Positions 51,330 to 64,000 of a DNA stretch of 64,000 nucleotides are shown here, in pieces. The number at the start of each line of letters is the position of its first letter. Position 1 is the first letter of the stretch. Origin of the DNA: the human T2T-CHM13v2.0 reference genome, Homo sapiens; NCBI RefSeq assembly GCF_009914755.1, contig NC_060926.1. The stretch is one strand, 5' to 3'. The notes beneath the pieces were generated by a model. It was given only the letters and a program-made list of their open reading frames with translations. It had not been told where the DNA came from and made no database searches. The position numbers and the translations under genes are program-made.

Positions 51330-53416
51330 AAAAATCAAATAGAGTTTATTCTCTAAAATGCAATGTTGGTTCCACATTTCAAAATAGTGTTAAATTAATA
51401 GACTAAAAGAGAAAAAGTATATGATGATTTGAACAGAGGCAGAACAATTATCTCATGAACCATAACACCCATTTCCAGTAACTCTTAGCAAATGGAAATA
51501 GAAGAAAATTTTCTTTTCTTGATAAAGAATGTTGGCTAGAAACTTGAGCGAGTGTCATATATTAGAAGGAAATAAGAAAATTCTTCCTATTGATGTTAGG
51601 AATAAAATGAAGATCCTGTCATTATTATTCCACATTGACCTGAAAGTCTTAGATTTTTAACTGATAAGAAAAAGAAATAAGATATACAAATTTAAAAGGA
51701 AGAAACAACTGTCAGTATTGACAGACAACATCACTGTATACCTAGAAAATCTAAGAGAACTCTCTGAAGTAAATGATCAGAATTTACAGATTTCATTAAG
51801 TTAGGAGGCCAAGCACAATATTAACATATAAAAACTATGGCTTGCCTCCATTCTATAGTAACTATTACAAAATGTTATGAAAAATATCCTATTCGCAAAA
51901 GCCACAAAACTACAAAATACCTAAGAATAAACTAAAAATGTATAAGAGCTAAAGAAAGAAAAATGACAAAACTTTACTAAAGGACATACAAGAAAAACCA
52001 AATAGAGATAATGTTCATGTTATCTGGTTGAAAAATCCTGGCACTGTGAAGATGCTTATTCTCCCCCAGATTATTCTATAATTTCAGTGGAATCACAGTT
52101 AAGTTCCCAGTGAGATTTTTCAAATACGTTACACACTGATGATACAATCCTTCTAGAGGAGAAAATGTGAAAGAAAAATCCAAGAAAATTTTGAAAAACA
52201 AGTTCTAAAAGAGAGAACGTGCTGTTCTAAGTTTCTGAAGTAGCCCAGAAGAGCCTGGCTTGCAGATGAGTAAGAAGGAACTCTCAGACACATAGTGTAT
52301 ACAAGTCGCATGTCATTGATATGACCTTCAAGGATATGAGGTTGTAACAAGCAGGAGAGCTTGATGAGCACAGCTTCTTGGGTTTTCCCTAATTCCACTA
52401 TGACAGACAGGCCTGAGTGCTGGCCATAGCCAGCCTGCCAGGAGAAACTGCCAGGTGGTAAGTTCTAAACACTGCTTTTTTTTTGGAGCTCAGAGATTCT
52501 CAGCCATAACATCTGAAAACTCCAGAAGGGTTTCACAAAACCACTCTTGGCAAGCCACATTTTCTAGATCTATTATCAGGTTCAGTTTCTTGCCATATTG
52601 TTATGTCATATTGCTGCATTAAACACAAATTAAATTATAATAACTAGGCATCATACATGTCTAGTTACGCTAAGACAATACAACAGGCCATCTGTAATGC
52701 CTGGTTATCATCACTATTCCTCCTCAAACCATCCTCTGATGGACTACATCAGAGTGTAGGAGAGCATATTTTCTCTTTTAGAACTCTCTTTTCAAAATTT
52801 TAGGCAGGTATGTCATTTATCTACTGGAAGGAGCTGACCAAGATAGGCCTGGCCATTGCCTTTTATGATATCAAAACATAATATAAAGCTATGAGAAATA
52901 AAACACTGTGCTATTGGTGTAAGGTTTAAAAAATAGCTCAATAGAACAGAAAAGGGAATCTAGAAGTAGAGTCATGGATATATGGTGAATATATTATATG
53001 ACAAATGTGGCACTTCAAATAAATGGGGAAAAGATAAACTGTCCAGTCGGGAAAAATTAATTTACATCACTACTTTTAACTATTGAAAAATATAAGTTTC
53101 AGAAGGTTTAAAGACCTAAACAAAGTGCAACACTATAAAATATTAAAGAAAATATTAGAGATGCCACATAGGGTAAGCCTATGCAAAAACTATAGAAGAA
53201 AAAGGGGTTAAATTTCACTTTGTCAATAAAATTCTATCAATGAAAGTGACCATAAATATACTACAAGAAAAGTAACAAATTAGGAAAAGATATTTGCTCA
53301 TATACAACAAAGGGTTGATATTCAAAACATATAAGGAACTCATTCAAGAAAAAGACAAATAGCTCAATAGAAAAATGGGTGAAAGATATGAATTGGTAAT
53401 TCATATAAGACAAAGT
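51330..53416 (+). mobile_element. L1ME-type ORF2 remnants (unassigned segment at ~52220-52850)
   Basis: ACAGACAACATCACTGTATACCTAGAAAATC; GAACAGAAAAGGGAATCTAGAAGTAGA; very diverged. Confidence 0.6.
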
Positions 53417-54322
53417 ACATATCCAGAATCTACAAGGAACTTAAAAAAATTTACTAGAAAAAAAATCCCCATCAAAAAGTAGGCAAAAGCTATGAACAGA
53501 CACTTCTCAAAAAAAAAAAAAAAAGACATTTACGTGGCCAACAAACATGAGAAAAAGCTCATCACTGGTCATTAGAGAAATGCAAATCAAAACCCCAATG
53601 AGATACCATCTTACACCAGTTAGAATGTCGATTATTAAAAAGTCAGTAAACAACAGATGCTGGCAAGGCTATGGAAAAACAGGAACTCTTTTACACTATT
53701 GGTGGGAGTGTAAATTAGTTCACCCATTGTGAAAGACAGTATGGCAATTCCTCAAGGATCTAGAACCAGAAATACCATTTGACCCAGCAATTCCATTACT
53801 GGTTATATACCCAAAGGATTATAAATCATTCTACCATAAATATACATGCACACGTATGTTTATTGCAGCACTATTCACAATAGCAAAGACTTGTAACCAA
53901 CCCAAATGCCCATCAATGATAGACTGAATAAAGAAAATGCAGCACATATACACCATGGAATACTATGCTGCCACAAAAAAGAATGAGTTCATGTCCTTTG
54001 CAGGGACACGGATGAAGCTGGAAGCCATCTTTCTCAGCAAACTAACACAGGAACAAAAAATGAAACACCGCATGCTCTCACTCATAAGTGGGAGTTGAAC
54101 AATGAGAACACATGGACACAGGGAGGGGAACGTCACACACCGGGGCCTGTCAGGTGGTGGGGAGCAAGGGGAGGGATAGCATTAGGAGAAATACCTAATG
54201 CATAGGGGTCTTAAAACCTAGATGATGGGTTGATAGGTGCAGTAAACCACATGGCACATGTATACCTATGTAACAAACGTTCTGCACATGTATCCCAGAA
54301 CTTAAAGTAAAATTAAAAAAAA
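53417..54322 (+). mobile_element. L1PA7/8 5'-truncated (~0.9 kb)
   Basis: ORF2 C-terminus [27 protein letters not shown]...HYWWECKLV; 3'UTR; TSD AAGACAAAGT (53407 / 54323). Confidence 0.93.
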
Positions 54323-54424
54323 AAGACAAAGTTAATATTACACATTTAAAAAAATACCCTCACTGCCCACTAGTAATAGATTAAATGATAGTGAGTTTTT
54401 TTTTTTTTTTTACTGTGGTCAACA

Positions 54425-55430
54425 AGTCTATTGTTTGTCTGAGCAAGCCTTTAATTTTTCCTTATTACTGAAAAATATTTTCATGGGGTATAAAATTCTG
54501 GTTTGACAGTCTATTCTTTCCCCCTCCCCTCCCCCCCAGCACTTTAAAGATGTCACTCCATCATCTTCTGGATTACAGAGTTTCTGGCAAGAAGTCTGCT
54601 ATAATCTTTGCTCCTCTGTATATAATGTCATTTTTTTTCCCCACTGCCTTCAGGCTTTTCTCTTTATCTTTGGTTTTCAACAGTTTGAATATGATAACCC
54701 TAGATTATTTTGTTTTGTTTTATTTCTGTATTTATTCTAATTGGTGTTCTCTAAGCTTCTTAGATCCATGGTAGAGTGTTTGGAGTTAACTTTAGAAAAT
54801 TCTCAAGCACCATTTCCTTAACTATTCTGTCTTGTTCCTCTCATCTCCTTCTGGGGTTGTAATTTACATGTATATTAGACTATTTGATATTGTCTCATAG
54901 ATTTTGCACTCTCTGTTCTGTTTTTCTTTCTTTTCACCACTCTTTTCTTTTTGTGCTTCAGTTTGGGTAATTTCTACTGATCAATCTTCATTTTCACTGA
55001 TCCTTTCCTTGGCTGTACAAGTCTACTAATGAGCCTGCTGAAATCATTCTTCATCTCTGTTTCTGTGTCTTTCATTTCTAGCATTTCTATTTGATTCTTC
55101 ACTATTATTTCATCTTTCTACTATAATAATCCACCAGCTACTACACATTGTCCATCTTTTCCATTGGCACCTTTAACACATAAACCATAGTTATTTTAAA
55201 TTCTCAGTCTGATCATTCCATGTGTCATATCGGAGACTTACTGTGTTGATTGCCCTGTCTCTTGAGAGTATATTTTTTTCCTTGTTTTTTGTATGTTTCA
55301 TAATTTTTTGTTGAAAGCCAGAGACATATATAATAGAAATTAAGGAAAATAGTTTTTATGACTGGAAATGAACATACCTGTCCCTCTTCTAGGTCTTTGG
55401 GATGGGGTTTGAGTCAATCTTTTAGGAAAT
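54425..55430 (-). mobile_element. L1M4/L1MD-type 5'/ORF1 fragment
   Basis: T-rich; GGGTATAAAATTCTGG...CAGCACTTTAAAGATGTCACTCCA...AGAAGTCTGCT antisense ORF1. Confidence 0.75.
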
Positions 55431-55434
55431 GCGT

Positions 55435-55935
55435 TGTGGCAGACACTGTTGGTTGTCTCCTTGGCAATCATCTCTCCTCTCTTCCTTGCTAAAAACTCCA
55501 GTTGTTCCAGTATGGGGTGATGATGCTTTTCAGAAAGATAGGGGCTTCTTCCAGTTTCAGAAGATGAATCATGTTTGGTTTAAGCTAATCACAGAAATCT
55601 GATTCCCCGTTTCAGTGTTTAGTTTAAAAGTCGGCATGTGACTTATTCACACTAATGATATGTAGAATGAAGACTGCAGGAGGGAGTCTGCAAAAGGTTC
55701 TCCCACATGATAAAAAAAAAAAAAAAGAGGTATATAAAAGAGACCTTCACCTGCTTCTACCCTCTCTACCTTCCTGCCATGTGAGGATATGATATTTGAA
55801 GCTGTGGAAGCCAAACTGTGACCATGAAGGAAAAACCAAAGGAACTTCGGAGAAGTTGACCCAAAGCCTTGACATGACTGAACTGCTAATTAAATCAACC
55901 CTGGAATCACCTATCTCTGGAGCTCATACATGAAT
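55435..55935 (+). mobile_element. MLT1H/G-type MaLR LTR
   Basis: TGTGGCAGACACTGTTGGTTG start; GAATCATG...TAAGCTAATCA; GTGACCATGA. Confidence 0.7.
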
Positions 55936-56049
55936 CACCTATTTGGTATGAAATCTGGAGGTAGGTGGTTCCTGGGTTATTGGTCCTGTTTCTTAGAGGG
56001 GAAGCTATCCTAAAGAATATAATGCTTAAAAAGCATCCATTGACAAAAT

Positions 56050-56480
56050 GAACACAAGCCTCAGGGCCCAGGCCTCTATTCACTTCCAACAGTGTTCTCA
56101 TTGCTTCACCCCACCCACTCTGTGCCCAGGCATCCTGACCTTTGACTTCTTCTAGTGCTCCATGACTTACCCATGTGTTAAGTCCTCTCCAACATCTCTG
56201 CCTAGCTAATTCCCATCCATTCTTTATGGGGCACTTTTTTTGGAGGCCTCTCTGGCCACGAGCACAGTTAAGTGGTCCTCCTATGTTCTCCCATAGCACT
56301 CAGGACTGCCCCCTAAATAGTACTTGTCACATGGAATGGTTACTGTCCTTTGCTAGATTGTAAGCTCTATAGGGCAGGGACCATGTCTGTCACACTCACT
56401 ACAATGTTCCTGCATACGGCTTAGGCCTTCATATGTACTTGCTCCACAATAAATATTTGCTGCTGAATAAATGAATGAAA
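56050..56480 (+). mobile_element. L2 3' end
   Basis: CTAGATTGTAAGCTCTATAGGGCAGGGACCATGTCTG...CAATAAATATTTGCTGCTGAATAAATGAATGAA. Confidence 0.8.
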
Positions 56481-57072
56481 TCTCACCATCTAGAAGGAAA
56501 AAAAAAGGTACACACAAAAGGTAGAAATAAACATGTAAGTCAGTATATAGGCTAAGTATCAAATAACTCCCACTGAAGTTCAAGGGAGCTGGATGGAGTA
56601 ACTGAGGAAAGTGTTCCAGAGGAGGCGGAAGTGAGATGGACCTTTCAGGAGTTGTGCTAGAGGGAGGAGGACATTTCTGGCAGGATGAACATCAATGTGC
56701 CAGAAATGGGAACAGGTGGGAATACAACATGAAGGCTGGATCCAAGGTTTCAAGTTAGGTGAGTGCGAGAGATAAAGTTGAACCAGTTTGTAGAGTCTTG
56801 AAGACCAGGGAAGGGGTTTGAGCTTCATTTGGTTAGAAAAGGAGAATCTCGGAATGACTCAGAGTGGGGCAGTGACATATGCAGATCCCTGCTATGACAA
56901 TTAAATCTGAGACCACACAGGATGAATGGGAGCAAGTGGGATGGAGCCATGGTGACCAGTGAGGCAGCCACCGTGACACTCTAATGTCTGTGCGAGGAGA
57001 TGGGAGCATTTGCTTGAGTAATGATCTCTCTACCATTGTAAGCCCATGATTGTGGAATAAAAACTGTGATTA

Positions 57073-57520
<448 letters not shown>

Positions 57521-58549
57521 CTACAGACAGGATATCCAGACCAGGAAAAGGAAAGAAGATCCCCAGACAACTCCTTTGGCAACAAGACTGAGTTCTCTTT
57601 AGAAGTCATCTGTTTCTGCTGAGGCTGTGAAGAGAAACTTGGTTCATTTTTGCAAATTCCAGTGTCACTCACAGTTTGTAGTGTTTTCAACTGCAGGACA
57701 ATTTTCCTGCTGTCACTAAATGTGAAACTTTTCTTAAAACTACAAAGTTAAGGTCAAAACAATACCAAAATGGATGAGGGTTGGTTTTCTCCAGAAATGC
57801 CTTTTAAAAGAGGGTGGGAGGAGAGATATTCAAGTAAGATTTTTTTTATCATCCCACAGTCCTTTAATTATGGTAACAGTTTGAACATTCCTCACACCTT
57901 TCATGTGAGGTGATCAAAAGCAATTTTATCGCACTCATGGTTTTATTTATATGCAGAAAATCTCTTTGGATTTCAGTAAAGAGGTGAGATTTATTACATA
58001 TTTGCATCAAAGCTACCAACTCATATACCTGACAGCAAGTCATATTTTACCAAAAATTGAAGCCTTAAAATTTTACTGTCATGAGGTTTCCAGTCCCCTC
58101 ATTGTGTTTTAGCATTCCTGCCAAACTTACCCAGAGAGAAGGCGCCTTGAACTCTCCTGACCCCGCTGTGTCAAACACGTCTCTCCTGCACGCCATACTC
58201 TGTCTCAGTGCTTCTTGACAGTCGGGTCTGAGGTTTAAGAAATTCTCCACAGGAAAAAGTCTCAAACCACAGAGCATACCTTCCCCTCACATCTGGAGCC
58301 GTATATCAAAAACTGCCCTCACAGATCAGCTGCCGGCTTTTCCTGACAGAAAGGAAAGGATGTCCATCTCCAGACTTAGGAGTTGGCTCTGCTGGGTGCC
58401 TGTCCTTATCTTCTTTCCCCCAGTCAGAATTCTCATTTTCCCTTTGGGAACACCCCTTTTCCTTCTGGTGTTCAGAGTCTTTGGATGGTCTGCCCGTGAT
58501 ATTCTAAGAACCCTCAAAATAATTCCTCAACCAAACTGGTCTCTGTAGC

Positions 58550-58745
58550 AAGGTTCAGCCACTTGTAATCTGTGCCTTCAGGCCCTAACCTGTGAGGTCA
58601 AATGTCTTCACTACTAAAGAATATATGTATTTTAAAATACTGAGGCCCAGTTGAGTCTGAATCTCTGGGGGTGAGGCCCAGGCGTCAGTTCAATTTTTAA
58701 AGCAGCCCAGGTAATTTTAATCTGCAGCCAGGATTCAGGCCATTG
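58550..58745. mobile_element. MER5A hAT MITE
   Basis: GAATCTCTGGGGGTGAGGCCCAGG...CCCAGGTAATTTTAATCTGCAGCCAGG. Confidence 0.7.
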
Positions 58746-58879
58746 GGTGAGATGATCTCTGAAGTTCCACCATCTTTTACATTCCATGATTCTAGGGGGT
58801 GCTAATGTATAACTAGGGTATACCAACCTCCTTCTCCTTTCATTGATAGACACTCTGGGAACATGATGGTTAATCCTAG

Positions 58880-59050
58880 AATGGCAAGAACCTCCTTCAG
58901 CGGCTTAGCAGTGATTGTCTAGAGATCTGTGGTGAGGTTTAAGCCAGTATCGGGCTGAATGGGAAAGAGAGCTGTGATCAACTAGCAGTGACTGCCATGA
59001 ACAACGGGGAGAGACAGGCACTCAAGAATGTCCCCAGCCCATCCTGATCC
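58880..59050 (-). mobile_element. MER103C-like hAT fragment
   Basis: GGGCTGAATGGGAAAGAGAGCTGTGATCAACTAGCAGTGACTGCCATG. Confidence 0.5.
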
Positions 59051-59094
59051 AAAGAGGAGACCACACAGGAAGAGATCTCAGACACTAGTGTAGA

Positions 59095-59588
59095 TCAGTA
59101 CTATCCCTTTTTCAGGTATGCCTTGCCGTGTGACAAAATGTTCCAAATCGTACTGGCTCAAAACAACAACCAGTTACTCATGGTGGTGAAATGTGAAAAG
59201 GGTATGTGAGAGACAGGTCATCTCTTTCCAAGTGTTATTAAGGAGGGATCATGATTGGTACTGGAGGATCCAAGACAGCTTCACACTCCCATGTCTGGTG
59301 CCTTGGCTAGGAAGGCTGGAATGGCAGGGGGTTGATCACGCCCCCTCTCCAGCAAGGTGGTCTGACTTCCTCACTTGGTGGCTCAAGGCTCTAAGAGAGT
59401 GAAAGTGGGAGCTGTCAGGCTTCTTAATGGTCTCTTACAAGCAGACTTCTCCTGGCCAAAGCAAATCACAAAGCCAGCCAGGTTCAAGGGGAGGAGAGAT
59501 ACACTCCACTTCTTAACGGAAGGCCCAACATGCACATCCGGAGAGGGGAGGAATTGTTGGCAATCATCTTTGCAGACAGTTTACCATA
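59095..59588 (-). mobile_element. MLT1G/H-type MaLR LTR
   Basis: GGCCAAAGCAAATCACAAAGCCAGCCAGGTTCAAGGGGAGG...CTCCACTTCTT. Confidence 0.7.
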
Positions 59589-60810
59589 CCATTTACTAGC
59601 CCATCAGATGGCTCCTATCATGTGTCTATTGGCCTGAAAATCATGTTATAAAATAGGGGAAGGGAGTGTGTTGACATGCTTGATTATCCATCCCTAATTT
59701 AAATTGTTTAAATATTAATATCACTTTATGCATATACAATATAATATGCATGTACGTATTATATTCATAAATACATATCTTTACATCATTGCCTTAGCCA
59801 ATATCTAGATATCATCAAATGTGATCATTTGTTAGGTTATTATCTTCACCAGTGACTATTGGTAAAAGAGAATGTGGTTGAAATTGGCCCTACAATCCCT
59901 TGACGGAATTGTCTTTTCTTGTATTTCACAAAATAATTGGAAATAGAAAATTAAGAATATAATAGGAAAATAAAGAATATAATTATATATAAGAATATAA
60001 TTCTTAACAGGAAAATTAAGAAAATAATAGTTGTTTACCCCATAGTACTCTCACCCTAAACCCAAATTGGCAGATGGGCAGTGTGCTAGGTGTCAGTTTC
60101 AGGATATTGTACCCAGCAATTAGGTTAAGAGCAGAAGTGGAACCAGTGGCTTAAAACCCACTTCTTCCAGGAAATTATAACCCCAACTCCACCGTGACCT
60201 CACCCCCACGCCGCATCTGCTTAGCTTGCCTGTCCCCTTCTGGGGGCCGTGTCCACTTGTCTAAGCCCTTTGTTGTACTGAATCACACCATATGATCCCA
60301 GCAACCTGGGGGGATCTTCTTTTTTAAAAATTACTCTTCAAACAGAACCCAGCCCTGACTCTGTTCTTGAAACCATGTCAAGAACAGTGTAACTGGGACC
60401 ACTACTCCAAGTGGTAATTTATTGCCAAATGAGTTTCACTTGTTTTCATATTATAGTTCTACTGTTTAAAATTCCAGGACAACTTTCTTTTGTTATTTAT
60501 TTAAACAAAATGCCTTGAGTGTTTTTTAAATCCCACAATGATTCATACAAAGCCACGGAGGTATAGACTGTTTGTCCCACGAAATTTACTGGGAAAAAGT
60601 TGACATGAATGATGTCACACACTTGACCATGTACACTGTACCCAATTATTTATCCAACAAACATTTATTGAGCACCTAATATGTTCCTGACATGATGTTA
60701 AGCACTAAGAAAACAGAAAAATAAGACTCTCGTCTGGCTCTATTAGTCTGAGTAGGGAAGGCAGATATGTGATCTATTATATTATATTGCATAAGATATA
60801 TTAAGTACTC

Positions 60811-61066
60811 TAATAATAATAGCAGAAAATACTTAAATAGCACATGTCATGAATCAGGCATTGTTCTAAATGCTTTAACTTATACTGTTCACTCTTCAGA
60901 ATAACCTTATGATATAGATTCTTTTATTATCCCCATTTTATCAGTGAGGAAGCTGAGGGACAGAGAGACTAAATGACCTGCCCAAGGCAAACCCCTAGTA
61001 AGTGGCAGAGCTGGGACTTCAACCCACATGGTCTAGCTCTAGAGTTCATTCTCTTCACCACCACAC
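60811..61066 (-). mobile_element. MIR, near full length (L2 antisense fragment immediately upstream at ~60645-60810)
   Basis: ATTATCCCCATTTTATCAGTGAGGAAGCTGAGG...CTGCCCAAGG...CTAGTAAGTGGCAGAGCTGGGA. Confidence 0.85.
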
Positions 61067-62874
61067 AGAGGAGATGGCAACTAATTTGTCCTGGGAAGTA
61101 GGAAATAGTCCTAGTGAAGAAGGAATGCTAACATGTTAAAGGAAAGGAGGAGTTCCCCCAAGAAAAGAAGAGAAATTTCCAGGTATAAGGATAAACTTGA
61201 AGGCGGGGAGTACCTGAGGACTGCTGAGAAAGCTGGCGAGGCTGTCAAGCTGGGGGTGTGATAGAGAGTGGGGAGTGAGCGGGAGAAGAAGCCCTGCGTA
61301 GATGACCATGAAGGCCAGGGTCCCATGTCGGGCCCATTTGAGGACAGCCGGCTTTCTCACATCCCCTGGTCCAAGACCTCACCTCTAATTAAGAGCCATG
61401 ACCTCACAAACACCACGTTGGAATCTGGGAAAGAGAGATGGAAAATAATGGTCATAAAATCTGCATGTGTAGTTTCAGTTTTCAGAGTTCCTTAGCACAC
61501 ATTCTCTTAACTATACTTCATGTTTTACAGTTGAAAAAACAGACGAAAAAATAAACGTTACTCAGGAAATAAGTGCAGAGCCAGGCCTCGGACCCAGGTC
61601 TTCAGGTTCCTTAGCTAATGTCCTTTCCACTGTGACCAACAGAGTCCATCTCCATCACTGTACCCCCAAAAATCTCCAAGTGTCCATTCTGCTAGTTCTG
61701 GGCCCAGGAGACCATAGTCACACAGATAGGAAAGGACATTGAGAACACTGAGACTCCAGAGGAGGCAAATGTACCCATGGTGAAAATGACATTGGAGTGG
61801 GAACCAGGAAACTGAAACTTCAGTCTCATCATTATCACAAAATCACAATGTGACCCACAGGCCTTGGTGTCCTCACCTGTAAAAGAAGAATGCTCAGGAT
61901 AATTTCCAAAGGGCCTGTCTCGGCCTATCTTTCCGCCTCCGTCACCGTCTACATGTAGCTTAATTAGTTTAGTCAACTGCTGTTTTTAGCCATCACTGAG
62001 TGTTCAGTTCCACTCAAAACAGAGCTGAGTTGACAGAACGTGCCATCAGAGCTGGAAGCTCAACATCCGGGACACAGCATCAGAGATGTCTGTATTCTAA
62101 CCAAGTTCCTCTCTTCAGTTTAAGCTAACCTCGAAGGGCCCAGCATTTCCATGCCCCACTGTGGGGTCTGCTTTGTAGCCTGAAATGAGATATTTGTCTC
62201 CTTATTAATAACCTCACACTCTCTGAATGCATTTTAAAAGCTCACCCGGTTCAGCAACCTGTGGGCCTGTCTTTGTTATTGTTGGTTGGAGTCTTGCATA
62301 CTTGACTTAAAAGTTAGCACCAAATGCAGCTTTATCTGATCAGGAAGGCATGAAATAGAAGGAATGGGTAAATTTCCTTTGCAAAGCAGACACCCCTGGA
62401 TGTGTTTTTCATGCTAGAGATATGAATAAATGGCAGACGCTGGTTCTCACCAGGCAAAGTGAGTGCCAATGAGGTCACAGGGAGAGCAGTGAGCATGCAA
62501 AGATGACAACAAGGACTCCATCTACCTGACCCAAGGGAAGGGACAGAGGAGACCTAGGAGGTAACCAGGGCATAAGTAATTATCTCCAGTGACAGAAAGC
62601 CAGGGTTTGGTGAATGGTCAAGGTAAAGTGGAAAGGCAGGCCTTGAATTCAGGTCTCCTAACCCCTGGTCCTGTACCCCTTTCCTCTGCACATGCTGCTG
62701 CCAACACTTGGATCCAAACTTGCACTTCGTAAAGGCAGAGAATATTCTGCTCATTAATGTGAGCTCAGGGCTTGGCATACAAATTCAAGAAATTCTTGTT
62801 GAATTTCTTGAACTCTAGCTTGACTAAGGAGAGAGGCTGATCTTTATTAATTTGCTGAAGTAGGAACATAAAAA

Positions 62875-63412
62875 AGTTAAAACCCTTACAGTGCCTGCAG
62901 TGCCATATATGAATCTGGCCCCTGTGATCTCTCTGACCTCACCCCCCTCTACTTCCCTCATTGCTCACTTCCCTCTAGCCACTCCGGCTATCTTGTTGTT
63001 CCTTAAACATGCCAGACATACTCGTGCCTTGGGGTCTTTGCACTGGCTGTTCCCTCTCCCTGGAATGACGTTTCCTGGATACCCTCATGGCTAATTTCCT
63101 CTTTTCCCTCAAGTTTATGTTCAAACCTTACCTTCTGTATAAGGCCTGCTCCAAACACCCTCCTTGAACATGTAACCCACCCCCGACTTCAGTATTTTCC
63201 TTCACTCTTAGGCCGCTCTGTTTTTTCTATGGCATTTTTTTGCTTTCTGTATGCGGTTTTTATTTTTTATGATTGCTATTTATTATCTGTTCATACCTAT
63301 TGGAATGCAAGTTCTATGATGGCAGGGATTTTTTAATTCATTGATGTACCCTACAGGCCTAGAATAGTGTCTGATATGTAGTAGACTCTCAATAAACGTT
63401 ACTGAATGAATG
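62875..63412 (+). mobile_element. L2a 3' end
   Basis: CTTTGCACTGGCTGTTCCCTCTCCCTGGAATG...GGCAGGGATTTT...CTCAATAAACGTTACTGAATGAATG. Confidence 0.85.
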
Positions 63413-64000
63413 GTCTGCAAAGTTACAACATAATTTTATTTCATATAGAAGTTTTCTTTCTGGTCTATCCAAGTGCGAATAAGCTAAACTGTGATAGAAC
63501 CAAGACTGTCTTTGGTGCTATGGGGTTGTCAGGGAGCAGGGACTCTGTTGCCTTTGTCCAGGGCAGAAGGAACAGCTGTGGCCTGAGTCACTGATCTTTT
63601 CCCCCTGGGCCTGGGCCCTTTAACTCTAAATAAGGCTCCTGCAAACAGAAATAGAGAGGCAGATGGAAAAAAAAAAAAAAAAAGAATCACCCAACATGGT
63701 TAGATGTTCAGGGCGGCTCTCACATCTCAGGAGCAGTAAGGAATAGCACTGAGCATTCTATACACAGCAATTCCAGATGCTAAGGAAGGGACATGATGTA
63801 GCCCCAGGTCTACAAATGCAGCAGCGCAGGAGCCAGGACGGGGCCTCAGGAGCAGTCTGATGCAACAGATATTCAGTTCACTGGGCATGGCTTCTTCTAG
63901 TCCTCGGCCAAGTGGACTCTGAGCAGTGGGATAGGGATGTGGGGGGAGGTGGTGGGGGAAGAGAGGGTTGCCCAGAAGTTGTGGAATCTCAGCAAGGATG

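Overview
This is primate (most likely human) non-coding DNA, either intronic or intergenic: it carries AluJ/S, L1PA7/8, THE1, MSTA, MER1B, MER75 and HSMAR2 elements. I see no protein-coding exon, RNA gene, CpG island or CRISPR array, and I cannot name the host locus. The ORF track consists of repeat-derived or chance ORFs. More than half of the window is recognisable transposon fossil: several L1M/L1MA/L1MB/L1PA pieces, 7 Alus, about 12 MaLR/ERV LTRs and many MIR/L2 fragments. It also holds an unusually diverse set of DNA transposons: a full-length mariner HSMAR2 nested in a Charlie hAT, a Tigger6-like element, the piggyBac MITE MER75, three MER1B copies, MER94, Arthur1A, Charlie4z, MER5A and MER103C. 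I found no convincing new biological system. The most interesting signal is a series of locally templated insertion (template-switch) scars, visible against the repeat consensuses. One overwrites the first catalytic-Asp motif of the HSMAR2 transposase, and one is a TIR-less MER1B fragment that appears copied from a neighbour 2 kb away. Also notable are an L1-endonuclease site used twice and a few motif-dense unique segments that may be enhancers. Subfamily names come from recalled consensus sequences, not from a search. Boundaries without target-site duplications (TSDs) are approximate.
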